From NCBI GenBank assembly GCA_963663225.1, contig OY760142.1, forward strand, positions 2,464,001-2,528,000: a DNA stretch of 64,000 nucleotides. The letters are read 5' to 3'. Each line of letters opens with the position of its first letter. The stretch's first letter is position 1. Below are positions 62,366-64,000 of the stretch, piece by piece. The notes below the pieces were generated by a model. That model was not told where the DNA came from, did not search any database, and saw nothing but the letters and a program-made list of their open reading frames with translations. The position numbers and the translations under genes are program-made. Source of the stretch: Nitrospirota bacterium (GTDB lineage Bacteria > Nitrospirota > UBA9217).

Positions 62366-64000
62366 TTATCTGTCTATGTCCGCCAGGATGAAATCGATGC
62401 TTCCCAAAATTGCCATGAGGTCGGCAATCATCCGTCCTTTGCTCATTTTCGGCACCATCTGCATATGCGCAAACGAGGGGGTGCGGATGCGTGTCCGGTA
62501 GGAGGTTGTGCTCCCATCGCTGATCAAATAATAGCCGTTGCTGCCTTTGGTCGCTTCTATTCCGAAAAAGGATTCTCCCGGAGGTATGACCGGTCCCCAG
62601 CTTACGCTCAAAAAATGGTTGATGAGGGTTTCGATATCATGCATGGTGCGCTCTTTCGAAGGCGGTGTTGTCAGCGGGTGATCTGATTTGTAAGGCCCTG
62701 CCGGCATATTGTTCACGCATTGCTCTACAATGCGCAGGCTTTGGCGTATTTCTTCAATTCGCACGACGGCCCGGTCATAGCAGTCTCCGTGGACCGCCGT
62801 CGGAACGTCAAATGCAAACTGGTCATAACCTGAATATGGGCGTTTCTTTCGGAAGTCCCAGTCGAATCCGCAGGCACGGAGCCCCGGACCGGTTACACCC
62901 CATTCTATGGCGTCTGCGGCGGTGTATGTGCCCACGCCGATGGTGCGCGCCTTGAATATTCTGTTCTGCATGACGATTGCATCGTATTCTTTCAAACGGG
63001 GTGGCAGGTATTTGAGGAAAGACTTTATACTGACGTCCCAGTTTTTGGGGAGATCATGTGCCACGCCGCCGATTCTGAACCATGCCGGGTGCATGCGGCC
63101 GCCGCAGATGGCTTCTATAATGTCAAAGATGCGTTCTCGGTCTGTGAACATGTAGAAAACAGGTGAAAGTGAACCTACATCCTGGGCAAAGGTGCCGTAC
63201 CACACAAGGTGATTGGCAATGCGGAAAAGTTCGGACAGCATCACGCGAATGACCTTTACCCGATCGGGCACCTTGATGCCGGCAAGCTTTTCCACGGCAA
63301 GGCAGTAGACGAGGTTGTTCATGACGCCGCCGAAGTAATCAATACGGTCGGTGTAGGGTATGAAAGTGTGCCAGGACTGGCGTTCGGCCATTTTTTCCGC
63401 GCCGCGATGGTGGTAGCCGATATCGGGCACCATGTTCATGATTTCCTCGCCGTCAAGCTGGAGTATCAGGCGGAGAAGTCCGTGGGTTCCGGGATGCTGG
63501 GGCCCGACGTTCAAAAACAGAAAATCCGTACCATCCGTTCCGTGTTGCATGCCCCAATCTTCAGGCTTAAACTGAAGGGCGGTCTGTTCCGCCAGTTCCT
63601 TTTCGTCAGGCAGACGAAAAGGTTCCATTTCCGTGGCGCGCGCAGGGTGGTCCTTGCAAAGAGGATGGCCCTGCCAGGTCGGGGGCATCAGTATTCTTTT
63701 GAGGCCCGGATGGCCTTCAAACCTGATCCCGAACATGTCCCAGACTTCCCGTTCGTACCAGTCCGCTGATTCCCACAGGCCGGTGATCGAGGGGAGGGAA
63801 CAGGAGTCGCGTGTAAGAGGAACCTTGATCCTGATGTCTTCATTTCTATCATACGAGAGGAGGTGATACACGACGGTAAAATCGCCTGGAGGCTGGCCGG
63901 GCCGGTTTAAACGCATTCGTTCGTCAATAGCCGTGAGGTCATACAACGTTCGATAGGGATTTTCTATGACTGTTTTAAGATGACGAAGCACAGCTGCCGC
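62366..64000 (-). CDS. nuoC: NADH-quinone oxidoreductase fused subunit C/D, 5'-truncated by window edge
   Basis: NuoC part WYERE..DMFG...GHP is continuous with NuoD part GPQHP..HG, GYHHRG.EK, D.DR. Confidence 0.96.
   Translation of the reverse strand, partial: AAAVLRHLKTVIENPYRTLYDLTAIDERMRLNRPGQPPGDFTVVYHLLSYDRNEDIRIKVPLTRDSCSLPSITGLWESADWYEREVWDMFGIRFEGHPGLKRILMPPTWQGHPLCKDHPARATEMEPFRLPDEKELAEQTALQFKPEDWGMQHGTDGTDFLFLNVGPQHPGTHGLLRLILQLDGEEIMNMVPDIGYHHRGAEKMAERQSWHTFIPYTDRIDYFGGVMNNLVYCLAVEKLAGIKVPDRVKVIRVMLSELFRIANHLVWYGTFAQDVGSLSPVFYMFTDRERIFDIIEAICGGRMHPAWFRIGGVAHDLPKNWDVSIKSFLKYLPPRLKEYDAIVMQNRIFKARTIGVGTYTAADAIEWGVTGPGLRACGFDWDFRKKRPYSGYDQFAFDVPTAVHGDCYDRAVVRIEEIRQSLRIVEQCVNNMPAGPYKSDHPLTTPPSKERTMHDIETLINHFLSVSWGPVIPPGESFFGIEATKGSNGYYLISDGSTTSYRTRIRTPSFAHMQMVPKMSKGRMIADLMAILGSIDFILADIDR

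Overview
A gene-dense chromosomal backbone segment from a diderm bacterium. Gene content suggests an anaerobe of Nitrospirota/Desulfobacterota/Myxococcota type: TIGR04442-like protein, MglC-like roadblock protein, and TPR-roadblock-aroQ-pepP-efp-accBC-thiE synteny. This taxonomic call is an inference. In order the window holds: the 3' end of purF; tRNA-Phe(GAA); the efp/acc cluster; a partial liv ABC locus; an MgtE-cytosolic-domain + Nramp-like pair; queC; a minus-strand run (TIGR04442-like, lptF, lptG, RomY-like, M50-like peptidase, coaE, Crp/Fnr); smc; a transglutaminase-ABC exporter trio; surE-pcm; crcB; an orphan divergent rnfD; gcvH-lpdA; a cytochrome c'/diheme cytochrome c pair; transketolase; and most of an E. 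coli-type complex I operon (nuoCD-N, cut by the window end). I saw no mobile element, prophage, CRISPR array or rRNA. Best leads: (1) parts of a Myxococcus-like cell polarity module (MglC-like, RomY-like, acidic TPR protein); (2) tandem NrdR-like boxes at the smc promoter; (3) an uncharacterised membrane-anchored transglutaminase + ABC transporter system; (4) an orphan RnfD with a degenerate conserved motif; (5) stand-alone transporter regulatory domains around a putative Mg2+ Nramp; (6) several apparently leaderless genes; (7) an unannotated 48-aa two-TM ORF. Family assignments come from motif recognition by eye, not database searches.
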